DNA from: Leptospira interrogans serovar Manilae
GTDB lineage: Bacteria > Spirochaetota > Leptospiria > Leptospirales > Leptospiraceae
Assembly (NCBI GenBank): GCA_945887855.1
Contig: CAMCZP010000011.1
Location: 2,466-66,465, forward strand
DNA length: 64,000 bases
Reading direction: 5' to 3'
Part shown: positions 28,156 through 38,312 of the stretch, piece by piece
Layout: each line of letters starts with the position of its first letter
Position numbering within the stretch: position 1 is the stretch's first letter
The notes under the pieces: model-generated
What the model was told of the DNA's origin: nothing
What the model saw: the letters and a program-made list of their open reading frames with translations, nothing else
The model's database searches: none
Translations under genes and position numbers: made by a program

Positions 28156-29142
28156 GTGGTATACAAAATCTTTAAAGACTATATAAGGGATATGAAAAGA
28201 AACAAGCGAACCATTTTTTATATAATAACTGCAATTTTTATTCTGAATTGTTCATCCTACTCGAGAGAAATTAGAATGGAGTTACAGGGAGCAGCTTATT
28301 GTCTTTCTTCCAATGTATTGTATAAAGCTCCTACCCCCACCATTGAAGAATTTAGGGGATATCTGAATGATCCTATCTTGAGATCACGCTACTCACAAAA
28401 AGCCATTAAAATTGCAGCCGCCTATGGCTTTGCAAATACACTAAAATCACATACAGAACTCTTAGCAAAAAAAGATAATTTAACTACACTAGAAAAAGAA
28501 AAGTTCAGAGATATAGAAATGATCATCATGAAGAGAATGAATTTAATCTTTATAGATATTGATTCAATAGCCTCCGAGATGAGCTGTTATGTGGATAGAT
28601 TTAGTGAAATTCTCGCTGTCATGGGAGAAAAAGAAGAGGACATTGAAAGTAGCAACACCATCTATGCCATCATGTCAGGAGCATTGGCAGCCATCATAGA
28701 CGGTTTGACAATCTATGATAACTCAACAAACCAAAAGATTATCATTGGAGGGGGGTTACTAGTGTCTTACTTTTCCTACCTAGCATTCAAGCCTATGGTT
28801 ACAGTTGAATTTAGGCCCAGATCTACCAATCTTAAAGATATTTGGTTCAATCCCGAAATTACAAATAATTATTCCTCTGCCCTATGGTTTTTATTGACCA
28901 AAAGAATAAATCCGGAAGATGAGCAACCCTACAGGGAATTATTGATAAATAGATGGATCCAAAACAAATACCTTGGAGAAGAAGAGGAGAGAGAAAAGTT
29001 AGTTGATCTTTTTTTTGGAAAGGGAGGGGTAAGTACAATTACAAACCTCACACACAGAAAAGAAATGATCACACAACTGAAAACTATCATCACTCTCTTT
29101 GAACAGGATACCAGAGCCTTAATGGTAGAATTTATAAAATAA
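28156..29142 (+). CDS. Hypothetical lipoprotein
   Basis: 328-aa ORF with a GTG start as tracked. A more likely start is MKRNKRT at 28192, giving a lipobox ILNC. Confidence 0.45.
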   Translation: MVYKIFKDYIRDMKRNKRTIFYIITAIFILNCSSYSREIRMELQGAAYCLSSNVLYKAPTPTIEEFRGYLNDPILRSRYSQKAIKIAAAYGFANTLKSHTELLAKKDNLTTLEKEKFRDIEMIIMKRMNLIFIDIDSIASEMSCYVDRFSEILAVMGEKEEDIESSNTIYAIMSGALAAIIDGLTIYDNSTNQKIIIGGGLLVSYFSYLAFKPMVTVEFRPRSTNLKDIWFNPEITNNYSSALWFLLTKRINPEDEQPYRELLINRWIQNKYLGEEEEREKLVDLFFGKGGVSTITNLTHRKEMITQLKTIITLFEQDTRALMVEFIK

Positions 29143-29219
29143 TTTTAAATTTTTTTAAAATTTTCTCAAAATTTTAAGCGTATCACACTCTTTTTTTTAC
29201 CTATATATTTAACTCTTCT

Positions 29220-29260
29220 AAATAACTCCATTTATAACCAATGTGTTAATGGAGTTATTT
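29220..29260 (+). terminator. Intrinsic terminator after the murD operon
   Basis: 12-bp perfect stem AAATAACTCCAT / ATGGAGTTATTT (29220-29231 / 29249-29260), followed by TATTTATTT. Confidence 0.55.
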
Positions 29261-29295
29261 TATTTATTTGGGTAATATATGAACGGAGACATTCA

Positions 29296-30825
29296 ATGTC
29301 TAGTATTACATCTCTTTACAGTGCAGAATTAGAAGGTTTAGAATCAAAAATTATAAAAGTTGAAGTAAATATTAAAAAGGGAATTCCAAGGTTTACAATA
29401 GTAGGTTTGGCAGCGATGAATGTAAAAGAAGCTACCGAGAGAGTTCGAATTGCAATTGAAAACTCAGGTTTTTTCTTTCCTATGAAAAATATTCTTGTTA
29501 ATCTATCCCCATCGGGATTGAAAAAAGATTCAAGTTGGTTTGACCTCTCCATAGCTGTGGCTATATTAAAAATTTGTAATGAAATTGAAATTCCTGATGA
29601 TTGTAATAACACTCTCTTTTTGGGAGAATTGGGCTTAGATGGGACAATTAAACCAATGAGGGGATTGGCGAATATTTTGTTTTCCCCTTCTGGAAAGAAA
29701 TTTGAAAGAATCATTGCACCATATGAAAATAAGTTTGAAGCTTCAGTGTCACCAAATCATAAAATTTTTCCCATTCAAAATCTCCATGATGTTGTTAAAA
29801 TTTTTAAAGGAGAAGTAGAACCATTAGAAAATAAAAAGCAGTTTTATTATAAAGGTAGTTCTAATTCAGATTCTATTGAAATCTACAAAGACCAAATATT
29901 AGCTCTCAGGTGTATAACAATAGCTGTTGCCGGAAAACATCATCTCCTCTTTTCTGGTAGCCCCGGAGCAGGAAAAACAATGCTCGCAAGAATAGCAGAA
30001 CGCATTTTACCGGATCTCACACCTGAAGAGTACGAAGAAGTTTTACGAATTAAATCTTCAACAGAAATTCTAAATAATTCTGAATCCATGTATTTAGGTA
30101 GACCCTTTCGTTCTCCACACCATACTTCTAGTGATGTCTCCTTAACTGGTGGGGGAAAATTTTTACGGGTTGGTGAAGTTACTCTTGCACACAATGGAAT
30201 TTTATTTTTAGATGAGCTCTGCGAATTCAGATCATCTGTAATACAATCACTTCGAGAACCACTCGAAGAAAGAAAAATCACAATTTCTCGAGTAAATTAT
30301 CATCTTACCTATCCATCTAATTTTTTATTGATTGCTGCTACAAATCCATGTCCTTGTGGTTATCTAAATAATAATTCTATACAATGTATATGCAATGAAG
30401 AACGAATAAAAAAATATAGAGCTAAGCTTTCAGGCCCTTTTTTGGATAGGATTGATCTTTTTTGTGAGATAGAACCAAAAGATAACGAATTGAAAAGAAA
30501 ACAGTTCATTAATCTTATCGATATACGAAAAGAAGTTATGTGTGCCGTGAATTTACAAAGAAAACGTTATTTAAATACATCCTATAAATTCAATGGGGAA
30601 GTTGATGGTATGGAAGTAGACTCTTTTATTTTTCCTAACTTGGAAGCAAAAGAACTACTTAAAGATATTGGTGAATCTTTTCGATTTAGCATTCGCAAAT
30701 TAAACAAAATAAAAAAAATATCCAGAACCTTAGCTGATTTGGAAGAAAAAGAAGAGGTAACAACTCAACATATTTATGAATCAATCCAATTGAACAAATG
30801 GAAAGAAAATTCATTTAATAAGTAA
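29296..30825 (+). CDS. comM: YifB/ComM Mg-chelatase-like AAA+ ATPase
   Basis: 509 aa. Lon-like N-domain, Walker A GSPGAGKTM, Walker B LFLDEL, zinc-knuckle PCPCGY and RLSGPFLDRIDL. Confidence 0.9.
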   Translation: MSSITSLYSAELEGLESKIIKVEVNIKKGIPRFTIVGLAAMNVKEATERVRIAIENSGFFFPMKNILVNLSPSGLKKDSSWFDLSIAVAILKICNEIEIPDDCNNTLFLGELGLDGTIKPMRGLANILFSPSGKKFERIIAPYENKFEASVSPNHKIFPIQNLHDVVKIFKGEVEPLENKKQFYYKGSSNSDSIEIYKDQILALRCITIAVAGKHHLLFSGSPGAGKTMLARIAERILPDLTPEEYEEVLRIKSSTEILNNSESMYLGRPFRSPHHTSSDVSLTGGGKFLRVGEVTLAHNGILFLDELCEFRSSVIQSLREPLEERKITISRVNYHLTYPSNFLLIAATNPCPCGYLNNNSIQCICNEERIKKYRAKLSGPFLDRIDLFCEIEPKDNELKRKQFINLIDIRKEVMCAVNLQRKRYLNTSYKFNGEVDGMEVDSFIFPNLEAKELLKDIGESFRFSIRKLNKIKKISRTLADLEEKEEVTTQHIYESIQLNKWKENSFNK

Positions 30826-30993
30826 TTTGTAATATATAGAATTTAAAATTGGAAGCTTTTGTTTCTTGCATTTATCAATAAAAGAACGTAATCGACAAAA
30901 GAAAACTCCACTCTGAGAATTCCTTCTCACAATTCTATATCGTTCCTTCACTAGCAGTATAATCGAAGACATCCTTTTTGGGAAGAGTAGTTA

Positions 30994-31971
30994 CTATTTT
31001 TTTCTAATGATTAGTAAAGTCATATCATCCTTTATTTTATTTTCAGTATGATCCTGTATAACTTTGAATAAATTATCAGAAAAAGTCCCCAGATTTTCTT
31101 TTGGTTCCAATTGGATAAAATTATATAGCTGTGTTCCAAAGTATTTACCCTGTTTACTTTTTTGTTCAAAAATACCATCTGTAAAAGCAAAGAGAATATC
31201 CCCTTCCTCCAAGGTAAAGGAACCTTGGTCATCTTTGTACTTACTCAGCTCTAATCCTATAAAATTTCCTGAAGTTTCTATGATTTCTATTTTATCAAAT
31301 TGTTTTCGGTAAATTACAAAATTTGGATGCTGGCCATAGTGAATAAATTTTCCATCGGGGTCAGCTCTAAATAATAAAAATGATGCATAGGTTGTAAGCA
31401 AAAATTTATTTTGGTATATACACTTTTCTAAGCTTTTATTTATTTCTTTATTAACTTCTTCTGGAGTATCACACTTATGAATTAAATATGAAGTTTTAAA
31501 TAAAATTGACATACTAAATAAATGTGAATTTATATCATGACCCGATGAGTCCCCTATTCCAAACCAATATTTATTATTAAAATCTTTTCCCTGGTATACA
31601 AAGTCCCCACCCAAAAAAGACTCTGGATTAGATTTAAAATAAACCTCAAAATTCTCATCATTAATATTTTCTGGAAAGACAAGCTGATGAAGATATTTAT
31701 TTTGTACGCTAAATGTGCTATCAGAATAAATTTCCAAAAAATTGGCTATTTTATCATATATTATTAATTTTTTAAAAAACTCTAAGTTTAGAAAATTACT
31801 TACTAAAAAGAAAAAGAGTAAGAAAGTATAAATCCAAATCAAAGTTTGTAGAAATATCCAATTCAATAAGAAAAAAGTGAAACTTACTAACATAAATATA
31901 AGTAAAACTATAATTTCATTTCTATAAAAATAATGAAAATAAGAAATCTCTCCTGTATATCTATTTCTCAT
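30994..31971 (-). CDS. Membrane-anchored SpoIIE/PP2C phosphatase
   Basis: 325 aa with two N-terminal TM helices. Motifs LGGDFVY, IGDSSGHD and FTDGIFE. Confidence 0.75.
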   Translation of the reverse strand: MRNRYTGEISYFHYFYRNEIIVLLIFMLVSFTFFLLNWIFLQTLIWIYTFLLFFFLVSNFLNLEFFKKLIIYDKIANFLEIYSDSTFSVQNKYLHQLVFPENINDENFEVYFKSNPESFLGGDFVYQGKDFNNKYWFGIGDSSGHDINSHLFSMSILFKTSYLIHKCDTPEEVNKEINKSLEKCIYQNKFLLTTYASFLLFRADPDGKFIHYGQHPNFVIYRKQFDKIEIIETSGNFIGLELSKYKDDQGSFTLEEGDILFAFTDGIFEQKSKQGKYFGTQLYNFIQLEPKENLGTFSDNLFKVIQDHTENKIKDDMTLLIIRKK

Positions 31972-32591
31972 TTTTTTAATCCATTTGTTACCAAATAGTA
32001 CACATCCGAGTAAAAATCTTTTTCAGAGTATATTTTTAGTGATTTTTCAAAGATGTAGTCATCTTCTTTGTAGGGTATATTAATAAAATCTTTCACACCA
32101 AAATTTTCAATTTTAAATCCAACATCTGATGCCATGGGAATTATATATTTTTTTTTATAATTATAGTAGTACAATAAAGAAATATCTGACTTTTTATTTT
32201 TTATTGGGACACTGATTTCTCTATTAGTATACTCAGTTGTACTTATTTGTAAAGTTTTCAATAGTACCCAATTTCCATTTATAAAAAATTTCCCTTCACC
32301 ACTCATCTCTATTTCTTTTATAAATAAACCATTATCATCTTTTTTGTTATAAAATCTTTTAAATTTTTGATTTTCCTCAAATAAAATAGATTCTGTAATT
32401 GTACTTTTATAAATTCTGGAATTATATGGTGATATAAGTTTTTCTTTCTTAGCATAATTTCCTAGAGGAAAAATTGATTTTGGATAAGGTTCGGAAGGTA
32501 GCTTTGTATACCATTTTTCTGAAGTGCAGGTTATAAGGAAAAAAATAAGACTAAAACTGAAAGTAAATAAAATCCCCACCACCATCTCCAA
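31968..32591 (-). CDS. Hypothetical lipoprotein
   Basis: 207 aa. Signal peptide with LITC. Overlaps both neighbours (operon member). Confidence 0.4.
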   Translation of the reverse strand: MEMVVGILFTFSFSLIFFLITCTSEKWYTKLPSEPYPKSIFPLGNYAKKEKLISPYNSRIYKSTITESILFEENQKFKRFYNKKDDNGLFIKEIEMSGEGKFFINGNWVLLKTLQISTTEYTNREISVPIKNKKSDISLLYYYNYKKKYIIPMASDVGFKIENFGVKDFINIPYKEDDYIFEKSLKIYSEKDFYSDVYYLVTNGLKK

Positions 32592-33963
32592 AAATACCTA
32601 AGAGTATCATCAATAAAAAGGCATAAATGGGTAAAAATATTTCTTTAATAAATTTTTGATTTATGCGTACTACGTTATAGTATTCCAAATAATTTAAAAT
32701 CATTCCTATTAAAATGTACCCCAGTAGCTCTTCATGTCTATAAATTAGTTTTCCCTCTCTAAAAGAAAAAATACCTTTGAAGAGTCTTCCAATTACATTT
32801 AATGAATCTTCACCAAACATACCAGATCTAAAAAATATTCCGGATAAAATTAAAAGGAATATGAAATAAATCCATTTGATCATTTTTTTTCCGGGTACTT
32901 CGGGCAGTGAAAGATTAGCCTTATCAAATATTCTCTCTAATCCCAAAAGAGTTCCCAAAAATGTACCCCATAACAAAAATGCAATGTCCGCTCCATGCCA
33001 AAGTCCCCCGAGGCTCATGGTGAGTAACATATTTAGATTGGATATATGAAATCCCTTTTTATTCCCTCCTAGGCTTATGTATAGATAATCACGTAACCAT
33101 GTAGAGAGTGTAATATGCCATCTACCCCAAAACTCAGTAAAGCTAGTTGAGAAAAATGGTCCTTTGAAATTAATGGGGATATCAAAGCCTAAAAGAAGTG
33201 CTAAACCTCTGGCAATATCCGAGTAACCAGAAAAATCACAATAGACCTGAATGATAAAACCAAAACATGCAATAAAAATGGATATGGAATTGTAATCATT
33301 AATATTCATATAGAGGGGATTTATGATACCACCAATTGTATCCGCAATGATTACTTTTTTCAATAAGCCTGTTGCAATTAAGTACAGCCCCGAAATCATT
33401 CTTTCTCTATCGATCACTGGTTTATCGAGTTTGGGAAGAAATTCTTCTGACCTCATAATTGGACCTGCAATTAGCTGCGGGAAGAATAGAATAAAAATAA
33501 AATAATCCATCATAGGTGGATTAGTGTGAATCTTTGATCGGTGGATATCTATCTGGTATGCCAAAAGTTGAAATGTATAAAAGCTTATAGCCAGAGGAAG
33601 TGCTATTTTAACACTTGCTGAGAATTCTTTGATACTGATAATCCCTGTAATTGTATAGATTGAATTTGAAAAAAAATAAAAATATTTAAATAATGCTAAA
33701 TTAAATAAATTTAATACTACAATCCAGACTATTGTTTTATTTGTGTTACTTCCTTTTTGCTTTAAGTCCAATAAATACTGAGATAAATAAAAATTTATGA
33801 GAATAATACTTAAGAAATGAATAGATAACCCTATACTATGATAAGAGTAAAATAAAATAGATGATACCAATAGTATCGGTTTTTTAAACTTATCAGAGAC
33901 ATTCCAATATAAAAGGTATGTAACAAAAAATAAAAGTAAAAAAGGTATTGAATTGAAAAGCAT
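32551..33963 (-). CDS. MBOAT family O-acyltransferase (AlgI/DltB-like)
   Basis: 470 aa, polytopic. FWxRWHISL-like FWGRWHITLSTWLRDYLY and the conserved His in GGLWHGA. Confidence 0.85.
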   Translation of the reverse strand: MLFNSIPFLLLFFVTYLLYWNVSDKFKKPILLVSSILFYSYHSIGLSIHFLSIILINFYLSQYLLDLKQKGSNTNKTIVWIVVLNLFNLALFKYFYFFSNSIYTITGIISIKEFSASVKIALPLAISFYTFQLLAYQIDIHRSKIHTNPPMMDYFIFILFFPQLIAGPIMRSEEFLPKLDKPVIDRERMISGLYLIATGLLKKVIIADTIGGIINPLYMNINDYNSISIFIACFGFIIQVYCDFSGYSDIARGLALLLGFDIPINFKGPFFSTSFTEFWGRWHITLSTWLRDYLYISLGGNKKGFHISNLNMLLTMSLGGLWHGADIAFLLWGTFLGTLLGLERIFDKANLSLPEVPGKKMIKWIYFIFLLILSGIFFRSGMFGEDSLNVIGRLFKGIFSFREGKLIYRHEELLGYILIGMILNYLEYYNVVRINQKFIKEIFLPIYAFLLMILLGIFGDGGGDFIYFQF

Positions 33964-34968
33964 TTACATCATCCAAAGATATAAAAACTTTACTTCTGTA
34001 TGAACATTTATCTGTTGAATTAATTTTTGAAGCATACCTGAATCTAATGTCGATTCTTCATTTATTTGGTAGTAATTTTTAATTGGTTTTTTTAAGAGGC
34101 TGTATGTCACTAACCTGGGATTTTGAGATTTAGAGGAATAATTAGGATGATTGATAATTAATTTTATAGCATCTTCAAAATAACCTACTTCATCAATCAG
34201 ACCTTCTTTTTTTGCCTGATTAGCAGAGTATATTCTACCATCCGCCAAGCCCCTAAGTTTTGGTTCAGAAATACTGGGTCTGCCCTTTGCAACAATTTGA
34301 AAGAATCTTTCATACATATCATTTACAATTGCTTGGACTATTTCTTTTTGTTCTTTGGAAAAGTCAGATAGGGGGGAAAGTATATTTTTATTTCCTCCCG
34401 AAACAATAGTTTGATCCTCTACTCCAATCTTTTCTAAAGCTTTTTTGACATTGATTCCGGTTATAATTACACCAATTGAACCTGTAATTGTAGTGGGATG
34501 CGCAATGATCTTATCACTTGCCATTGCAATGTAGTACCCACCACTTGCAGCAGTATCCATAAAGAGTGCTACTATTGGTATTTTTTTACTCTGTTTAAAG
34601 CTAATAAGTTCTCTATAGATAATATCACTAGCAGTAACTCCCCCTCCTGGAGAATTAATTTTTAGTATTACACCTTTTACATCCTGATCGGAGTATGCTT
34701 TTTTTAACTCTTCTTTTATTCTAGCAACCATAGATTCCTTTTGATTGAAACCAAATGAATCGCTTCCTGATCTATCAGATATTACACCATCCACAGAAAG
34801 GATTAATATTTTTTCTTTATCTACCCCTGAAATTAGTAGCTCGTTTAAATCAAAAGTTTTAATGGGGGTATCTAAAAGCTTAAATGTATTAAAACTAAAA
34901 CAATTTATGAAAAACAAAATAACTAATATTGAAATTATCCGATGAACTACCTTTTTAAATCCTACCAT
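33964..34968 (-). CDS. sppA: Signal peptide peptidase SppA, 36K type
   Basis: 334 aa. NSPGGGV and the nucleophile motif AASGGYYIA. Confidence 0.85.
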   Translation of the reverse strand: MVGFKKVVHRIISILVILFFINCFSFNTFKLLDTPIKTFDLNELLISGVDKEKILILSVDGVISDRSGSDSFGFNQKESMVARIKEELKKAYSDQDVKGVILKINSPGGGVTASDIIYRELISFKQSKKIPIVALFMDTAASGGYYIAMASDKIIAHPTTITGSIGVIITGINVKKALEKIGVEDQTIVSGGNKNILSPLSDFSKEQKEIVQAIVNDMYERFFQIVAKGRPSISEPKLRGLADGRIYSANQAKKEGLIDEVGYFEDAIKLIINHPNYSSKSQNPRLVTYSLLKKPIKNYYQINEESTLDSGMLQKLIQQINVHTEVKFLYLWMM

Positions 34969-35010
34969 TTGTAAACTCCTTTACCATATTCACTGTTACT
35001 CATGTTTTTA

Positions 35011-35673
35011 TTATTTTTGTGAATCAGAAAATTTATTTTCTAATTCTTTAACCTGGGATAGCATAATTTCTTCAACTAACCTTATACTATCTTCAAGATT
35101 TTCTTCCCCCTTTGGAATATAAATAGGGTTGGAATATAAAATAATTTGCTTTGAAAAAAATTTAGGAAATCTATGCCTATCCCAACTCTTAAACTCATGA
35201 TACCTATCATAGATACTACTAAAACAAATGATTGGAACGCCCGTCATAGCGGCTATTTGAACAACTCCTGCCTGGAGTTTATACTTAGGACCCCTCGGCC
35301 CATCTGGGGAAAAAATCGGAACATTATAATTTTTTATTCTTTTGATTAAAGCACGAAAAGCTTTTGCCCCGCCCCTACTTGATGATCCCCGAACAGAATG
35401 CATATCAAACCTTAAAAAAGTTTCATATATATATTCACCGTCTTTTGAATGGGAAACAAGCGGTGCAAGCTTTATACCCCTTTTTTTTAGTAAATAATTT
35501 GAAGAATGATACGTTAGGGATAAGATTTGGTTATGCCACGCTGCTAAAATAAATCCCTTATTATTTTCAATGACCTTATTGGTATCTTCCGGTATGATTA
35601 ATTCCAATCGGATAAATAAATTCCAAAATTTTAAAATCCAACTAACTATAAATGAAATAATTTTTGGTTTCAT
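35011..35673 (-). CDS. DUF374 / lysophospholipid acyltransferase-like protein
   Basis: 220 aa. AAWHNQIL, SHSKDGE, RGSSSRGGAKA and PDGPRGP are the DUF374 signature blocks. Confidence 0.7.
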   Translation of the reverse strand: MKPKIISFIVSWILKFWNLFIRLELIIPEDTNKVIENNKGFILAAWHNQILSLTYHSSNYLLKKRGIKLAPLVSHSKDGEYIYETFLRFDMHSVRGSSSRGGAKAFRALIKRIKNYNVPIFSPDGPRGPKYKLQAGVVQIAAMTGVPIICFSSIYDRYHEFKSWDRHRFPKFFSKQIILYSNPIYIPKGEENLEDSIRLVEEIMLSQVKELENKFSDSQK

Positions 35674-35683
35674 ATCAATTTTT

Positions 35684-37381
35684 TTATAAATTATTTTTTA
35701 ATATTTCTGTATACGGACATTTATATTCTAAGGGGTATTTATCAGCCTTCATCTGAATATAAGAAATGGGATTTTTAAAAAAGTTAGATGCAAAACTAAA
35801 ATTTCGTATCATAGATTTAAAATTATAAATCGGTACATAGTATTCCCACTCTGGATTTTTTATTTTTAAGTCATTTTCTATCCTATAAATAAAATTTAAA
35901 AATCCTTCATTTGAGTCAACCATACCCTGTTTTAAAAATTCTTTTCCTGTAAATACCCTACCACCCGCTTTGGGTTCTAAATCAATTCGTTCTATCTTTC
36001 TAGAAGCACAAACTACATTATAAAATTGGGTTTTAACCCTTTCAATTTCATTAGTTAAGAATTTTTTAGAGAAATCTGTCAATTTACCATATTCCGAAAA
36101 CATTTCCCTCCCGGGATAATGCTCAATTCTATCTTTTGTGATATGTAGCTTATCATAAAGTCCTTTTAAATTTGGTCGAACTAAAACCGTACCAATTGAA
36201 CCCGTAATACAAAAAGGACTTGATCCAATCAATTCTGTACCACATCCAATGTAGTACCCTCCAGAAGCTGAAATATTTTGAAAGTATGAATAGATTTTTT
36301 TCTTTTTTCCTAGCTTTATAAGTTCACGGTAAATAAGCTCAGAGGCAAAAGCTGATCCCCCTCCAGAATCTATTTCTAAGAGAATTGCTTTTACATCCTC
36401 TCTCTCTTCAAGAGATCTCAATATATCAATTACTGGATAAGCGTGTATAGATCCTTCCTTCATTTCTGATTCTTTACGATTGCCCATATTGATATTGCCT
36501 TTTAGGGGTATAATAGCAAAGTACTCTTTTTTTTCTGGAAAAAACTTAAAATTGTCATACAAATTCCTTTTTCTAAGTATAGAGATATTTAATGATATTG
36601 CTTCTTTGCTTTTATCATCAATTTTTATACAATCATCTAGTGTATGATATTTTTTAAAATCAACCTCATCTGTAAAACCGTGGAAGAATCCAATGGACTT
36701 AAGATAATCCGAACTCATAATGGGTTTCTGAATTTTAAACCAATCTAATTTAGTATTTTCATTAAACCCGGAAAGGATTTGCTCCTTTAAAGAGATAATA
36801 AGATTTCTTAAATTTTCTTTTGCCTCGGGAGAGAATTTCTCTTTTTGAAAAGGCTCGGCAAAAGATTTATACTTTCCACTAGTGTATGCCTCAACATCTA
36901 CCCCCCAATTTTTTAATAACTTCCCCCAAAAAAATGACTCAATTGCAGGCAGAAAAAAAATAAACTCACCCGTTTCAATTGTGTAACGCTTTGGAATGAA
37001 TGATAGAAGATAGAGAGTTTTAATGTCTCCCGTGAAAGCAAATCCCTTGACTGTTTTACCACTTTCAGCTATTTCTTTTATAAGGATTCCAATTTCTTGG
37101 AGTTCGGCAAACCCAAAGTCAATTCTGTCGCAAAGTATCGCCACAGAATCAATGATTTTAGAATCCCTAATGATTTTTAGATCTTTGAGGAAGTCAATGT
37201 ACAACGGTACTTCTTTTTCCCCACTTATGAACTCCAACAGAGCAGATTTCCTTGATACAGAAAAATTGGATGGAACTTCTATGAAAAAAGAACTCTTATT
37301 TTTTATACCTACTCGAAAGTATAAATATAAAAAGTGAAGGAAACGAAAGGGAAAAGTTAATAAATTTTGGATTTTTTTCAT
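35684..37381 (-). CDS. sppA: Signal peptide peptidase SppA, 67K (two-domain) type
   Basis: 565 aa. The C-terminal domain has DSGGGSAFASE and ISASGGYYIG; the N-terminal domain is degenerate. Confidence 0.8.
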   Translation of the reverse strand: MKKIQNLLTFPFRFLHFLYLYFRVGIKNKSSFFIEVPSNFSVSRKSALLEFISGEKEVPLYIDFLKDLKIIRDSKIIDSVAILCDRIDFGFAELQEIGILIKEIAESGKTVKGFAFTGDIKTLYLLSFIPKRYTIETGEFIFFLPAIESFFWGKLLKNWGVDVEAYTSGKYKSFAEPFQKEKFSPEAKENLRNLIISLKEQILSGFNENTKLDWFKIQKPIMSSDYLKSIGFFHGFTDEVDFKKYHTLDDCIKIDDKSKEAISLNISILRKRNLYDNFKFFPEKKEYFAIIPLKGNINMGNRKESEMKEGSIHAYPVIDILRSLEEREDVKAILLEIDSGGGSAFASELIYRELIKLGKKKKIYSYFQNISASGGYYIGCGTELIGSSPFCITGSIGTVLVRPNLKGLYDKLHITKDRIEHYPGREMFSEYGKLTDFSKKFLTNEIERVKTQFYNVVCASRKIERIDLEPKAGGRVFTGKEFLKQGMVDSNEGFLNFIYRIENDLKIKNPEWEYYVPIYNFKSMIRNFSFASNFFKNPISYIQMKADKYPLEYKCPYTEILKNNL

Positions 37382-37520
37382 CCTAAAAGCACTATTTTAT
37401 AAGAAAATTTTATGAAAAGTATTTTTACTGTTTATGGCTATAGATTGAAAGAAAACAAACACTAAAATTAGTTCTTGTCCTTTAGAATTAGTTTTCGATA
37501 ATGAATTTAGGAGAAATTGA

Positions 37521-38312
37521 ATGAGAGAGACAATTAAAGAGTCTGAGATAGAAAAAGGAGTTATGGAGGGGTTTAAGGTTGGGCTTAACTGCTACACACC
37601 TGTTACATCCTACATAAAAAACCTTGATCATTCCCTTAGAGTCATTCTCAAAGTCTACGACAAACCTGATCTCCATCCTATCATTTTTGGAGTTACCCAA
37701 GAGATGGTACGGTTCAGCACAATGAGTAATAAGCGATATATATACTACAAAAAAAACAACTTCCAGTTAGACAGTGAAGAAACTTTCCTCAAATATGAGC
37801 CTGATTTTTTGAAATCGGTTACAAATCATGATGATTTCAACTATAGAGAAGACCTCATACAAAACAAAATGTATGTCTCAACTGTTATTGATCACAATGA
37901 CATCGGTATCAATATCAAAGTTTACAATATGGCCGAGCACCAACTTGACCAAGAATTCTATATTAGGAACTATCTTAAGCTAGCAATGAATTACACCAAT
38001 GTTATGGAGTATTTCAACGATCATCCTGAAGACCCCCAGGGTAGAAATTTAGGACTCGCCCTCTCTATTATCATTTTAAAAGAAGCTGGATTACGTCCAG
38101 ATCTCATGAGAATGGGCAAACCTGGAAGCAGAAGTTACTCCAGAATTGAAATTCCTTTCAATGTTGATACATACAAAAGCATTCGAGATAGGATTTTAAA
38201 TGATGAATCCATTGTCCCTTTTGAAAAACCAAACCTAATTCCAGCAGAGTACAAAGAGCAATTTGAAGCACGAAAAAGGCTATTAGAAGGAGAACTCACC
38301 CTTCATGAGTGA
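37521..38312 (+). CDS. Hypothetical protein, possibly a degenerate GHKL/HATPase-like fold
   Basis: 263 aa. GRNLGLALSIIILKEAG resembles a G2 box and DIGINI a weak G1 box. Tentative. Confidence 0.3.
   Translation: MRETIKESEIEKGVMEGFKVGLNCYTPVTSYIKNLDHSLRVILKVYDKPDLHPIIFGVTQEMVRFSTMSNKRYIYYKKNNFQLDSEETFLKYEPDFLKSVTNHDDFNYREDLIQNKMYVSTVIDHNDIGINIKVYNMAEHQLDQEFYIRNYLKLAMNYTNVMEYFNDHPEDPQGRNLGLALSIIILKEAGLRPDLMRMGKPGSRSYSRIEIPFNVDTYKSIRDRILNDESIVPFEKPNLIPAEYKEQFEARKRLLEGELTLHE

Noticed and set aside
29316-30281. 132-aa and 113-aa ORFs antisense to comM/yifB
   Set aside because: They sit opposite a confidently identified AAA+ gene, have no motifs and no ribosome-binding context. These are typical shadow ORFs in AT-rich DNA.
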